DNA of 64,000 nucleotides from positions 1 through 64,000 of the IMG/VR virus record IMGVR_UViG_3300042896_000648; one strand, written 5' to 3'. A program made the position numbers and the translations under genes. The stretch comes from a virus. A model generated the notes under the pieces. That model had not been told where the DNA came from and searched no databases. It was given only the letters and a program-made list of their open reading frames with translations. Below are positions 1-10,439 of the stretch, piece after piece; the first letter of the stretch is position 1; the number at the start of each line of letters is the position of its first letter.

Positions 1-14
1 AAAAAAATGCTTTC

Positions 15-461
15 GTGCTTATCTCGCCAGAGGTGTTGAACTCTTTCTCATGGCTTAATATAGCCTCATTTAGAGCTTACCTTACCGAGATTAGTCTTAC
101 ACGTTATAAAAGATACCAACATGCAAAAGTAAGGGGCTATAAGGTCTTTAACTTAAAGGATAAATCATTCGAAATAATACGAGATGGAAAAAATTCTAGA
201 TTCCATAACTTAGTGTCAATAAAATGTGCTTCCTTAGTTACTACCAAATCAACCGCAACAATATCTAGGTACAAGAAACTACAGACAGTTTCAAAGTACT
301 CGTGGAAACCAACCAATGTTTTCGACTCTTTTTATTCTAAAAATGGCGAATTTAACTTTAAACTCTTTTTGAAAGATAATAAAGGTAAATTTGATTCTAA
401 TGGTGAATGGTTTTCCCCTATTTCAACAAGGACTACTTCTTTGAAGATTAAAGTAGGTTAA
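15..461 (+). CDS. hypothetical protein, probably 5'-truncated by the window edge
   Basis: Frame stays open upstream of the GTG to the window start; basic protein, no recognised motif. Confidence 0.6.
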   Translation: MLISPEVLNSFSWLNIASFRAYLTEISLTRYKRYQHAKVRGYKVFNLKDKSFEIIRDGKNSRFHNLVSIKCASLVTTKSTATISRYKKLQTVSKYSWKPTNVFDSFYSKNGEFNFKLFLKDNKGKFDSNGEWFSPISTRTTSLKIKVG

Positions 462-502
462 TACTAGAATAATATATACATCAATACCATACAATTAGTA
501 AA

Positions 503-1072
503 ATGAAGATAAAAAGTAAGAATTTATCAAAACAATTTCACTCTTGGTTAAACAAAGGTTATCCATTAGTTTCTCAAAAGGATGCTATTGAAAGAAAAGC
601 ATTAGAAATAGGACTCGTTTTTAAAACAAAGAATCACAATTCCGAACTATTATCATACTTTAAACTAAATATATACGTTACAACAGAGCAAGTTGTTAAA
701 AATAAGGAAGATAATATTGCTAGAAATAAGATAAAAGAAGAAAAAGACCAATTAAGGTCAGCGGAAAGAAAAATATCTAAAATAAAGAAAAAATACCGTG
801 TATCATCTGAATCATTTTATCTATCAATCGAATGGGTGCTATTAACAAAGAAAGTAAGGAAGGTATTTCCTGGCTACTGTATGAAGTGTGGGCGTGGCGG
901 TAAAACACATATCGACCATATATTCCCAAGAAGTATTTATCCTGAACTAGAACTAGATATACATAACCTACAGATACTTTGCGAGAAGTGTAATATGGAT
1001 AAGTCTAATAAAAATACCATGGATTATAGAACTATTGAACAAAAGAAATTATTGTCCGCAAAATACATTTAG
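503..1072 (+). CDS. HNH endonuclease
   Basis: CMKC...HIDHIFP...NLQILCEKCN: zinc-binding plus HNH signature. Confidence 0.9.
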   Translation: MKIKSKNLSKQFHSWLNKGYPLVSQKDAIERKALEIGLVFKTKNHNSELLSYFKLNIYVTTEQVVKNKEDNIARNKIKEEKDQLRSAERKISKIKKKYRVSSESFYLSIEWVLLTKKVRKVFPGYCMKCGRGGKTHIDHIFPRSIYPELELDIHNLQILCEKCNMDKSNKNTMDYRTIEQKKLLSAKYI

Positions 1073-1145
1073 TAAAAATAACAATAAAAACATTTTTTAA
1101 TAAAATTAAATTCGTAACTTAGTATAAACATAAACAAAAACAAAC

Positions 1146-1238
1146 ATGACAACAGAAGAAGAAGATCAAATTCCAAGACCAGGGCCTCCACCGGCAGGCG
1201 TTCCATTGCCTCCACCAAAACCAAAAACAGAAGAATAA
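1146..1238 (+). CDS. 30-aa proline-rich peptide MTTEEEDQIPRPGPPPAGVPLPPPKPKTEE (not in ORF track)
   Basis: ATG after an A-rich leader; TAAATTCG promoter-like box at 1107-1114; hairpin directly after the stop. Confidence 0.6.
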   Translation: MTTEEEDQIPRPGPPPAGVPLPPPKPKTEE

Positions 1239-1243
1239 TAAAA

Positions 1244-1264
1244 TAGCGGGTGAAATTCCCGCTA
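1244..1264. terminator. hairpin TAGCGGG-N7-CCCGCTA
   Basis: Perfect 7-bp stem; the T-rich tail is on the minus strand. Confidence 0.55.
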
Positions 1265-1273
1265 ACCCTTAAA

Positions 1274-1567
1274 ATGAAGAAATACTCAATACTCACAAAC
1301 TACCACCCATCTCGTTGGGCTTACTATCTAAAGCAGAAACCAAAAATTCTAGTCTTTAATAAGTTTCTTAGGGATGACGTTATTGAAATGTTTATAACAG
1401 TAGACAACCCCTCCACTTCTCCGTTAAATAGCAAAGATATGCTTCAATCAATATATCTTAACCTATATACCAAGGAGGTATCAGTACAGCCCCTCGATAT
1501 ATTCGAGGTGTACAATCCCAACTTTCTCCTAGTTAATAAATCAACGTTCATTAAGCAAGCGAAATAA
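1274..1567 (+). CDS. hypothetical protein
   Basis: ATG at 1274 preferred because the GTG at 1250 lies inside the hairpin; abuts the next gene. Confidence 0.7.
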   Translation: MKKYSILTNYHPSRWAYYLKQKPKILVFNKFLRDDVIEMFITVDNPSTSPLNSKDMLQSIYLNLYTKEVSVQPLDIFEVYNPNFLLVNKSTFIKQAK

Positions 1568-1798
1568 ATGAAAAACAAAGAACCCCATAAGCTATCTGAA
1601 ATAGCACAACAATATAAAATTACAGACGAGGAAGTAGATAAAATGAATGCCAAAATAGAATACGAAACCGACTTTCTCGTAGGATTCTACAAGTATATTA
1701 ATAAGAATTTTACACAAAATACACCAGAACAAATAAGGAAGCACGCAAAAAACTATGTCTGTATCCTATCGTTAGGAAAATCATTAACCAAGTTATGA
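1568..1798 (+). CDS. hypothetical protein
   Basis: Translationally coupled ORF (ATGA overlap with next gene). Confidence 0.7.
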   Translation: MKNKEPHKLSEIAQQYKITDEEVDKMNAKIEYETDFLVGFYKYINKNFTQNTPEQIRKHAKNYVCILSLGKSLTKL

Positions 1799-2091
1799 TA
1801 GAAGAAATAAAAAATAACAACGAAAAACTACAATATCTTGTGTCTTTTCAAGAATACCTAGAGAAGAGTGGAGTAAAAGTATACGACCACCACAATAGAG
1901 CATTAAACTTCTTGTTAGGTACAGAATACCAAAAGTCAGAAGATTCAATTGCCGATTATTCAGCATTTAAATCTGCTGTTGAAAATACTCAGGAATCTGT
2001 CGCTTATCAGTTAGGCCAGCTACCTTTCAATACCGACTATGTAGCACCAACAGAAAATGGATTTAAATTATTTAGAGAAAATTGGGAATAA
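1795..2091 (+). CDS. hypothetical protein
   Basis: Coupled ORF. Confidence 0.7.
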   Translation: MIEEIKNNNEKLQYLVSFQEYLEKSGVKVYDHHNRALNFLLGTEYQKSEDSIADYSAFKSAVENTQESVAYQLGQLPFNTDYVAPTENGFKLFRENWE

Positions 2092-2206
2092 AATCGAAAA
2101 GTAAATCAAACTTTATAAAAAACTTGCTAGTTTTACTAAATTTGGCAAGTATTAAAAAGAATAACGCTAAATTAATATTTGAAAAACAAATCGCACAGTA
2201 AATAAA

Positions 2207-2443
2207 ATGGAAGCATACCAAGCACTACAAACATCAGATAAACTAACAGCAGTACTTCACATACTAAAACGTAATCTTAAAAAGTACCAACGTGACCTAC
2301 TGCTTAATCCTGATAATCAATTCGCTCTTTCTAACCTAGAATGGATATGCGAAGAAATATTAGACCTACCAGCAAACCTAGACCTGTGGCTACCTGTTAA
2401 AACTCCTAAAGGATACTCCTACACTAGAACACAAAAAAAATAG
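2207..2443 (+). CDS. hypothetical protein
   Basis: ORF with A-rich leader. Confidence 0.7.
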   Translation: MEAYQALQTSDKLTAVLHILKRNLKKYQRDLLLNPDNQFALSNLEWICEEILDLPANLDLWLPVKTPKGYSYTRTQKK

Positions 2444-2493
2444 CCTACCCCCCTTGTTAGTTTAAACTAATCTTCACAGAGAGATACCCCCCT

Positions 2494-2940
2494 ATGAGCA
2501 AAATAAAAAAAAGAGATAAAAATCCAATGTTTCGTATATTCAAGCATATTAGACAGAGATGTTATAATAAAAATAATTCGGTTTACTACAACTATGGCGG
2601 TCGTGGAATAACTGTTTGTGATAGATGGAAAGGACTTGGCGGATTCGATAATTTCTGTAAAGATATGGGAGAAAAGCCTACGCCCAAACATTCTATTGAT
2701 AGAATAGACGTTAATGGGAATTACGAGCCATCTAATTGTAGATGGGCTAATCCACATGAACAAGCAAGTAATACTAGAACAAACAATAAAAATGTAGGAG
2801 TATGCTTTATGAAACATACTAGAAATACTTGGAGAGCTGAAATAACAGTATCTGGAATTAGGTATAGACTTCACTTTAATACAGAAGAAGATGCAATCGA
2901 AGGTAGAAAACTTTTGGAAAAACTTTATCTTAAATATTAA
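2494..2940 (+). CDS. HNH homing-type endonuclease with C-terminal AP2-like DNA-binding domain
   Basis: YGGRGITVCDRW...SIDRIDVNGNYEPSNCRWA motif; WRAEI...F.TEEDAI tail; paralog of 56865-57434. Confidence 0.9.
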   Translation: MSKIKKRDKNPMFRIFKHIRQRCYNKNNSVYYNYGGRGITVCDRWKGLGGFDNFCKDMGEKPTPKHSIDRIDVNGNYEPSNCRWANPHEQASNTRTNNKNVGVCFMKHTRNTWRAEITVSGIRYRLHFNTEEDAIEGRKLLEKLYLKY

Positions 2941-3151
2941 AAACCTAATTACTCCTTCATGGGAGGATAGACTCCCGACCACCCAAATGGAGCGACCTCC
3001 GTTAAGGTCTACCTCCCTACTAAACCGGTAGACTACTCTCTTTTATATACGTTGCAATCAATTATCATTGTAATGGCAACACCAGCAACCATTAATAACC
3101 CTATTGAGACACAAAGTAAAGCAGACATTTTGTTTTCATTTATTTACCAAA

Positions 3152-3232
3152 CCGTTTTGGTACCTGAAAAAAAAAATAAAATAATTGTAGGATATTAAAT
3201 TAATTGGGTATATATTTACAGTACCAAAACGG
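3152..3232. repeat. 12-bp perfect inverted repeat CCGTTTTGGTAC / GTACCAAAACGG around a 57-bp AT-rich spacer
   Basis: Read directly at 3152-3163 and 3221-3232. Confidence 0.85.
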
Positions 3233-3407
3233 ATCCACCAGCCAGCCAGCCTACCCTTAAACCTTCTTTATTTGCCCAACACAACACGAACCTATTTGAA
3301 TAAGGTAATCTATTCAACCGGCTTTTTATCGTGCCTTAAACTAAAGGTAATAAATAAACTTGCGAATATCTAAGAAAACGTATAATTATTTAAAGAACTT
3401 TTAAATA

Positions 3408-3463
3408 ATATTTGCACAGTAAATTAATTTATTGTAATATTGTATCAAGTTAAACAATTTAAA
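3408..3463 (+). promoter_or_regulatory. early promoter, member of a repeated family (related copies near 3598, 4453, 6293, 6617, 9871)
   Basis: TTTGCAyAG.AA box, TAnn(T/A)TT(G/A) box and TTAAACAATTTAAA leader; resembles the Bacteroidota -33/-7 consensus. Confidence 0.65.
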
Positions 3464-4200
3464 TATTAAGCAAATGAATATTAACAAAGTTATCAATTCG
3501 AAAGTTGAATTCTCAAATAAGGGATTGAACTTTTATAAGTGGTTAAATAAAAATTCTCTTTCAGGTAATGAAAACCTAGTTTATTCTGAAAAAAGATTAT
3601 TTGCATAGTAAATTATTTGTACTTTATAACAATTTTAAACAATTTAAACAATCATAAAAATGAAAAATACAACAATCCAATTAATACTTTCAGTCATTGT
3701 ACTGGCAATTATTATCGTTTCAGCGTATAAACTTATACCAAGCGATAAAACCGGAATTCCGGTAATTAAAGAAAATTATTCAGTAACCTTTAAATAAATA
3801 CAAACATGAAATACGAACAAAATCCCTTAACAAATGACTGGCTTTGCTGGATACCTAATACAAGTCAAGCCTATTACTGTAAGTCTAAAAAGGAGGCAGC
3901 CAAATTTTGCGAAGACGTAAATAAGGCAATAGAAAACAAAGTATATGCCATAATTAATGGTAAGTTAGTTAAATGTAATTAAATAGTCTTTAACATTCTA
4001 AAACTTACAAACATGAAATATTTTAATATAAAAACTTCATACGGAGTTGAAACTGTTGACCAATTAAACCAATTTGATTTTTTATCTTATAAAGAGTACA
4101 GGCAAGAGTTAAGACGGTTAATTTCGGAATATAGAATCTCAGGCATGAATGTCTACATAAGCCAAAGGGCTTGCAAAGATTGGAATTAAGATAAATAATC

Positions 4201-4372
4201 AACAAAAGTACTAAACATTGGAATAATACAACGTTTTAGGCTATTTTCGGCAAAGTAAAAAGTGTTTTACCCGTAAATTTCAAGCCTTAATTACTTTTGT
4301 TAATTGGATTGTCTTGGAATAATCCTATAGATGTATGAGGATGGGGGTAAAAATCGGATAAATTACGACCTT
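4201..4372. ncRNA. candidate structured non-coding element
   Basis: Nested inverted repeats in a gap with no long ORF (see finding). Confidence 0.4.
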
Positions 4373-4511
4373 AAATAATAAATCATTCATTATTTACAGT
4401 AAATTAAGACTAAAACAAAGGTTAAAACAAAGGATTAAAAATAAAGTAAAAAAGTATAGGATTACAAAATTTAAAGTATTAATTTTAACAAACAATTTAA
4501 ACAATAAGAAA

Positions 4512-4853
4512 ATGAAAATATTTAAAGAGAACAATCTAAGTACAAAGGTTAAAGAATTAGGTTTTTTAAACCACTTAAACACAAATATAGGTAATAAAGT
4601 AACTGCAAATGGTATTCAGGACAGTAACCCTATAATAAAGAAGGGTGTTTATTATGGCAATAGAAATATAGAAATAACAAAAATAGGTAATTTGGATACT
4701 TATATTATATTGTCTATTACTAAATTTGAAAGACTTAAATATAAAAGAGAGTATATAACTAGCCATGAATTTATTTGTAAGTTTTATTTGAATGAATTGC
4801 CAGATAATTATAGGGGTTTTATTAATAGTAAATTCAATGAATTTTTAAAATAA
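4512..4853 (+). CDS. hypothetical early protein
   Basis: ORF following a promoter-like motif. Confidence 0.7.
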   Translation: MKIFKENNLSTKVKELGFLNHLNTNIGNKVTANGIQDSNPIIKKGVYYGNRNIEITKIGNLDTYIILSITKFERLKYKREYITSHEFICKFYLNELPDNYRGFINSKFNEFLK

Positions 4854-4986
4854 TTTTTGATTTACTGTGCGCTCCATAAATTAACCGTTACCCTTAAAAG
4901 CCTTTTAAATACTGTTTATTTGGCTTTTAATGAACTTAAAATAATTAAACAACAAATTGCCTTAATAGGCTTAAATATTTACTAAA

Positions 4987-5184
4987 ATGGATAAATTACT
5001 AAAATCTTACAACTTTATAGACTTATCAGAATATTTTGATATGATTATAGAATCAGTGATTAATGGACAAATAGCACAAAGCAAAGAGCAGTTTAATGCT
5101 ATGCCAAAAGAATTTAAAAAGTCTTTTATTATTAACGGAGAGTTAACAGAGAGACAAAGGAATGCTTTTGTTATGTTAATGTAA
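4987..5184 (+). CDS. hypothetical early protein
   Basis: ORF with A-rich leader. Confidence 0.7.
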   Translation: MDKLLKSYNFIDLSEYFDMIIESVINGQIAQSKEQFNAMPKEFKKSFIINGELTERQRNAFVMLM

Positions 5185-5230
5185 TTTGGTTTAATGTGGG
5201 CTTGATTTTTAATCTTAAAATTTTAACATA

Positions 5231-5500
5231 ATGAAAAAAGAAATATTATTCGAAGCAATATCAAGTGAAATTACTATTAAAAATAAAATTGAGGTAAAAA
5301 AACAACTTGGTAAAATAATACAATTAACGATTAAAAATAAAAATAAATTTTGCGTTTATGTTTGCGAATTGCCATTAATTGAAATTTCAAAATTACTATT
5401 TGATTATGAATGTAATTATATTGAATATCTTTTAACAAATAAAATAAATAACATTAATTATTTACAGTCTATAATTGATTTAGAGTATAAACGAAATTAA
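5231..5500 (+). CDS. hypothetical early protein
   Basis: ORF with A-rich leader. Confidence 0.6.
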   Translation: MKKEILFEAISSEITIKNKIEVKKQLGKIIQLTIKNKNKFCVYVCELPLIEISKLLFDYECNYIEYLLTNKINNINYLQSIIDLEYKRN

Positions 5501-5696
5501 AAAAATACACAAATGGAAAATATAAATTTAGAATTGAAAATAAGAAATAAGATTACCGAACTATTAGACGATTACGAACTTTATTTAGATTGTTTTCTGA
5601 GTATAGACGACAAAAGACGAAAGAATATAATTTTACATAAAATACAGTTGCTTGAAGATATTTTAAAAGAATAGGTTTAAATTGTTTATTTTGTTA

Positions 5697-5729
5697 ATTC
5701 CCTTTACTTATAGTTTAGGGAATTTTTTT
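5697..5729. terminator. intrinsic terminator between convergent genes
   Basis: AATTCCCT...AGGGAATT stem followed by a T run. Confidence 0.65.
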
Positions 5730-5731
5730 AT

Positions 5732-6190
5732 TTACTGTGGGCTCTCAAGCTTTGCCGGTTCATTTAATTGTAAATCCAAAAGCATTAAAAGAGTTGCTTT
5801 ATCCAGGCTTTTTGCCATTTCAATTGGATCAATCATTTGTGGCAACTCAATACGTTTACTTTCGCTCTGCTCTTTTACCTTGCCAAATAATTCTGCGTTT
5901 ATACTGGTATAAAACCGTGACTTATCAGCTTGCATAAAATAAGAAATTATAGTAGCTATCTCAAAAGCCTCCGCTACCAAAAGTTCACTAGGATTATCAA
6001 AATTTTCATTGCAATATTCCTTAAAATCTTTCGAATATTTCATTAAATCAGTTAAAGGGCGTTGCATAATCTCTTTTAGAAAAGTAGACCGGCCAATTTT
6101 AAATTCAGCCCTTTTTATGGCATTCTCCTGGATTTTGGCTACTCCTTTTAACCGGTTTTCCTCCGATATTGGTATTAAGTTTTTATTCAT
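5732..6190 (-). CDS. possible terminase small subunit
   Basis: Size, MNKNLIP...NRLKG N-terminus and helical core resemble TerS-like proteins; only clear minus-strand gene in the early region; own TAAATTCG promoter. Function is inference. Confidence 0.4.
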   Translation of the reverse strand: MNKNLIPISEENRLKGVAKIQENAIKRAEFKIGRSTFLKEIMQRPLTDLMKYSKDFKEYCNENFDNPSELLVAEAFEIATIISYFMQADKSRFYTSINAELFGKVKEQSESKRIELPQMIDPIEMAKSLDKATLLMLLDLQLNEPAKLESPQ

Positions 6191-6356
6191 AGATTATCAA
6201 TTTTACAAAAGTATTATTATTTATTGCGAATTTAGCAATAAAAAGCGGGTTTTATTAAAAATATTGTAAATCTTTAAAAATAGTTAATTAAATATTTGCA
6301 CAGGAATTTATTTATGATTACCTTTATAACAAGTTAAACAGTTAAACAATAAGACA

Positions 6357-6611
6357 ATGAAATCTTTTAAAAATTACAGTTGCACAGATGTTTCTAATTT
6401 GTTAAATAAATACTCAGACAAGGGCGGGAATATACACCAAATCGAAGAAGGTTGTTTAGGTCACGGCTTTATTATTTGCGAAGGCGAAAACCTTAAAACA
6501 TTGGTAGTAAATGAATATTATGTAAATGCATGGAATAGTTTACACAGTATAAAGTTGTACAATAGAGACAAAACACCAAAAAAATATTTAAATATCATTG
6601 AAAATAATTAA
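6357..6611 (+). CDS. hypothetical early protein
   Basis: ORF directly after promoter 6293-6349. Confidence 0.75.
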   Translation: MKSFKNYSCTDVSNLLNKYSDKGGNIHQIEEGCLGHGFIICEGENLKTLVVNEYYVNAWNSLHSIKLYNRDKTPKKYLNIIENN

Positions 6612-6685
6612 AATAAGTGTATGATATTAAATTTATTACCCATATATTTACATAAGATTTAAAACAATTTAAACAAAACAAAAAA

Positions 6686-7234
6686 ATGAAAACTACAACA
6701 ACACCCCAGATTTTTCTTACTGATTATGCAAGTTACAATAATGGTACACAGTTCGAGTTTGGTCACTGGGTAGATTTAACCGATTTTTCAGATGCAGACG
6801 AATTAAGAGAATACATTAAAAATCACTTTGCAGAATGCGACAAAACCAGCCCTTTATATAGCCCTAGAGAAGAATATATGTACACAGATTTTGAAGGTTT
6901 TCCGGAACAACTATATAGCGAATGTGGTATGGATTTTGATAAACTTTTTGAATATTTGGAATTAGATGAAGACGACAAAATTAAAGTTGCATTCATTTTA
7001 GACCAAGGCGAAAAAATTGATTACGCATTAGATCACTTTGAAAATGTAGAATTGAATGAAGACTACACAAATTTGAAATATGATTTATTTGAAATGTATT
7101 ACCCAAATGCAGAAACAGCAGAAAGAAGTTGCCCGTATTTACATATAGATTACGACCAATTTTTGAAAGAGAATTACACGGAATTCGAATATGAAGGAAC
7201 AACTTACTTTGTAAATGATAATTGGAATAATTAA
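6686..7234 (+). CDS. ardA: antirestriction protein ArdA (acidic DNA mimic)
   Basis: Y.SYNNG...G.WVDL N-terminus, EEYMYTDFEGFP motif, very D/E-rich. Confidence 0.85.
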   Translation: MKTTTTPQIFLTDYASYNNGTQFEFGHWVDLTDFSDADELREYIKNHFAECDKTSPLYSPREEYMYTDFEGFPEQLYSECGMDFDKLFEYLELDEDDKIKVAFILDQGEKIDYALDHFENVELNEDYTNLKYDLFEMYYPNAETAERSCPYLHIDYDQFLKENYTEFEYEGTTYFVNDNWNN

Positions 7235-7283
7235 TTCAACCGGCCGAAATACTTAGTAAAGTAGGCCTTTAAACTTTAAGAAA

Positions 7284-9352
7284 ATGACAGAAAATAAAAT
7301 GACTCAAATAGTAATTGAAAGAGTAAACGAAATGAAAAAAAACGTTGAAATACAAAAAATAATGATGGGCTTTAAAACAAATGACGAAGCTTATAATTGG
7401 ATTACAAAAGCAGCTATAGCAACATTATTCGGAATTCAAAAATAAATTAAAAAGAAAATGAAAAATAAAATAACCTTTTGCCAATATTCACAAACATTTA
7501 GAATGATGCCACAAAATCACTGGCTAGCCTCAGTAAAGAATGATAAATTAATATTTGATTCTTGGGATGGCACTACAAAAATACTTTTTAAAAAAGATAT
7601 ATTTTTAAGGTTTAAAATTTGGCTAAAATTCAAAACGCAATTATAAAATGAAATTAATATTAAGAAACGAAATTTATAACTTAGACACACTAGACAATAT
7701 TTCAGCCGATTGTATCGGTATAATTCAGGACATTGAATGGTGGAACGAAGGCCCTTATTGGATTGAAATATTAGAAAACGGCTACTTTGTGCCGGATGGC
7801 TGGGAAGGATTTAAAACTAATAATTTAATAGAGGCAATTAACTTTTTAAACAGTATTAAAGAATAATAAAATGGAAAATACAATAAATTTAGAACATTTA
7901 ATAAATGTTGCAATAGGTCAAGAAGTTGCACTACTTTTAAGCCTTAAAATAAGCAAGCAAGGCAGAATTAAAACATCATGGGGAGATAAAACATTTATCG
8001 GGCTTGGTGCAGTAATTCAACGTATAGTTGAAGAAGAAAAAGAGAAATTAAATAAAGAGTTAAATATTAAAGAAAATGTATAAACCAAATGATTTTAATT
8101 TTATGACTGGCAGCCAGTTAAATAGAATGCTAATTGTAATTAATCAAGAAAATTCAATTATAGACAAGGCCGAAAAAATAAAAGATGGCGATTATGTAGA
8201 AGAAAATTGGCTAATTTATGAAACTATATATAATAGTTGTATTGAGCGGGTTAAATGGTGTTTTAATAACATTTATAAGGAGTATTTAAACAAATTGAGA
8301 AAATGAAAGACATAAAAAGCCTAAAGTATCACGAACTTTTAATTAAAATGAATGAGAATTTACAGGCAAATGAAAAATGTTGTGAATTGGCCACAGAATT
8401 ACAAAATCTTTGGCTACCATTCCCCAGGGAAGGAGAAGAAGAAAAGATAAAAGAAGTTATCAAAATATTAATAGATAATTGTGGCCGGGAGTTCAGCGAA
8501 AATAATCAATTGTATCATAGAGTTAGACAATTAACATAATGAATAATAAACCGTTTTTTAGGGTTCTTTTGCCCTTAGATGAAGCAGAAATGAGGCAAGC
8601 ATATAATTATGCATTTGGCAAAGAATTTGATTGTAATACAAGAAGACAAATTCCATTACCTTTAGAACTTGCCTATAAGGTAGCAATACAAAAATTAGAA
8701 AAAAGTTATAACATTAAATATTTTTTAAAATGAAAAACTTACCGAATAGAGTATTTAATAGCCCATGTATAATGTTTGTAAATTTTAATGATGGCAATTT
8801 TTGTAATTTAATCAGATTAATAAAGCCATATAAAAACGGTTTATCTTATGCACTATACGATAGCAAAGGGATTAATAGTAAATTATTTAAAAACTTTGAT
8901 AATGCAAAGAAAGGATTTGATTTAATGGTGCATGGAGACATAAGGAATCAGGGAGTTTGCGAAAATAACTTTTAAACGAAAATTAAATAATGGGAAATAC
9001 AGAAATTAAAAAATTGGGAATAGATTTTATAGAGAATACTATGAGATACTCTTTTAATTCAAGTGAAACAAGAACATTTGCAAATAGATTATTGAGTTGC
9101 ATAGAATTTGGTACAAAAATTAAAATGCAAAATATAGATGAAAAAATACAAGATTTATTAGCTTTAAGCAATGAGTTCATATTTGCAGAATATTACTCAC
9201 ATACAAATAAAATGATGTGGAAAATATTTAATACTTTCACTCACTATAAATCTGAAAAATTTGTCCTTTGTGAAGTTGGCGAAGGAATCGAAAAAGCTTT
9301 AGATTTAGCAATTGAAATAATTACAACAGAAAAACAAAAATTTGAAAACTAA
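7284..9352 (+). other. array of about ten small coupled hypothetical early genes
   Basis: Includes ORFs at 7458, 7648, 7871, 8076, 8303, 8539, 8730, 8990 with ATGA/TAATG overlaps or short gaps. Confidence 0.7.
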
Positions 9353-9353
9353 C

Positions 9354-9515
9354 ATGAAAACAGAAAAAAACCCAAAAGGTGCCGGCCGAAAGTCAATCGG
9401 TGCATCATTCCTAGTTAAGATGTCATTCGACCAGGAAACAATAGATTTGTTGAGTACCGTAGGTAATAGATCTTTATATATACGTAATTTAATAAAAAAA
9501 GACAATGACAAATAA
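9354..9515 (+). CDS. 53-aa ribbon-helix-helix-like DNA-binding protein (not in ORF track)
   Basis: MKTEKNPKGAGRKSIGASFLVKMSFDQETIDLLSTVGNRSLYIRNLIKKDNDK; GAGRK hook plus beta-helix-helix pattern. Confidence 0.6.
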   Translation: MKTEKNPKGAGRKSIGASFLVKMSFDQETIDLLSTVGNRSLYIRNLIKKDNDK

Positions 9516-9593
9516 CGAATTTTTCAGCTTTTTAATGGTGGTTGGCTTATTTGGTGGCTGCTTAGTAATGTATGTTTTAAATAAAATAGAGAG

Positions 9594-9806
9594 ATGGAAG
9601 CAATAAAATTAGTAAAAGTAGGTGAATTGCCGGACGGTACTCAAAGGTTTCAATCTCAGTTATATATAGGAAGGCAAACAGCGGACTTTATAATAGATGT
9701 AGATAATAAAATGAAGTATTACGGAAGAGGAATAAATGGTTTTGATTTTTACCCCTATAATGAACCATATCAAATAGTTTCAGAAATTAAATTTAAAAAT
9801 ATATAA
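9594..9806 (+). CDS. hypothetical protein
   Basis: ORF in the early block. Confidence 0.65.
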   Translation: MEAIKLVKVGELPDGTQRFQSQLYIGRQTADFIIDVDNKMKYYGRGINGFDFYPYNEPYQIVSEIKFKNI

Positions 9807-10118
9807 AACAATGGCCGAAAGAATATTTTACGCAATAATTTTAATTATTTGCATCTTATTTTCCTAAAAATTAGGAATTAATAAAATAAAAGATTACATT
9901 TGTTAAGGAATTAAACGAAAAAGAAAATGAAATTATTAATATCAGCATCAAGTATTCATAAGGCAGAAATAATGTTGAATAATCATTTTTATTCAACTAC
10001 CTACCAGATTATTGATAATAAAGTTTTCTTTAAAAGTCCTTTACAACAGAACGAAAATTTATCATTCAAATTAAAAGGTAGTAAATATCAAGTATATTCA
10101 GTTTAAAACCTAAAGAAA

Positions 10119-10439
10119 ATGAAAGAATTAGAATTAAATAAGCAAAGTAAAATCGAAATTTCTGTTAAGCAGAAAAAGGAAGTTAAGCACGATTTAATCG
10201 GTAAAATTATCCCTGAAAACGGGCATTCAATTTTTAAGATTAATAAGGAAACTTTACAAATTGAATTAGCTAAATTTTCAAATATTACATATCATTTTAG
10301 CGGAGACGATAAGAAAGAAATTATTACTGAAAATGAATTTGTTTATATTTCGGCATTAAATAAAAAGAATGCACTAAAGAAATTCAAAAAAGAAGACAAT
10401 GGATCAGTTAAAATTTTAGAAAAATTATATTCACTTTAA
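10119..10439 (+). CDS. hypothetical protein
   Basis: ORF in the early block. Confidence 0.7.
   Translation: MKELELNKQSKIEISVKQKKEVKHDLIGKIIPENGHSIFKINKETLQIELAKFSNITYHFSGDDKKEIITENEFVYISALNKKNALKKFKKEDNGSVKILEKLYSL

Noticed and set aside
2494-2940. Group I introns around the HNH genes (also 56865)
   Set aside because: Flanking genes look complete and I recognised no intron core; treated as free-standing endonucleases
7240-7268. Hammerhead ribozyme at GGCCGAAA...GGCC
   Set aside because: No CTGANGA core nearby; only a small hairpin
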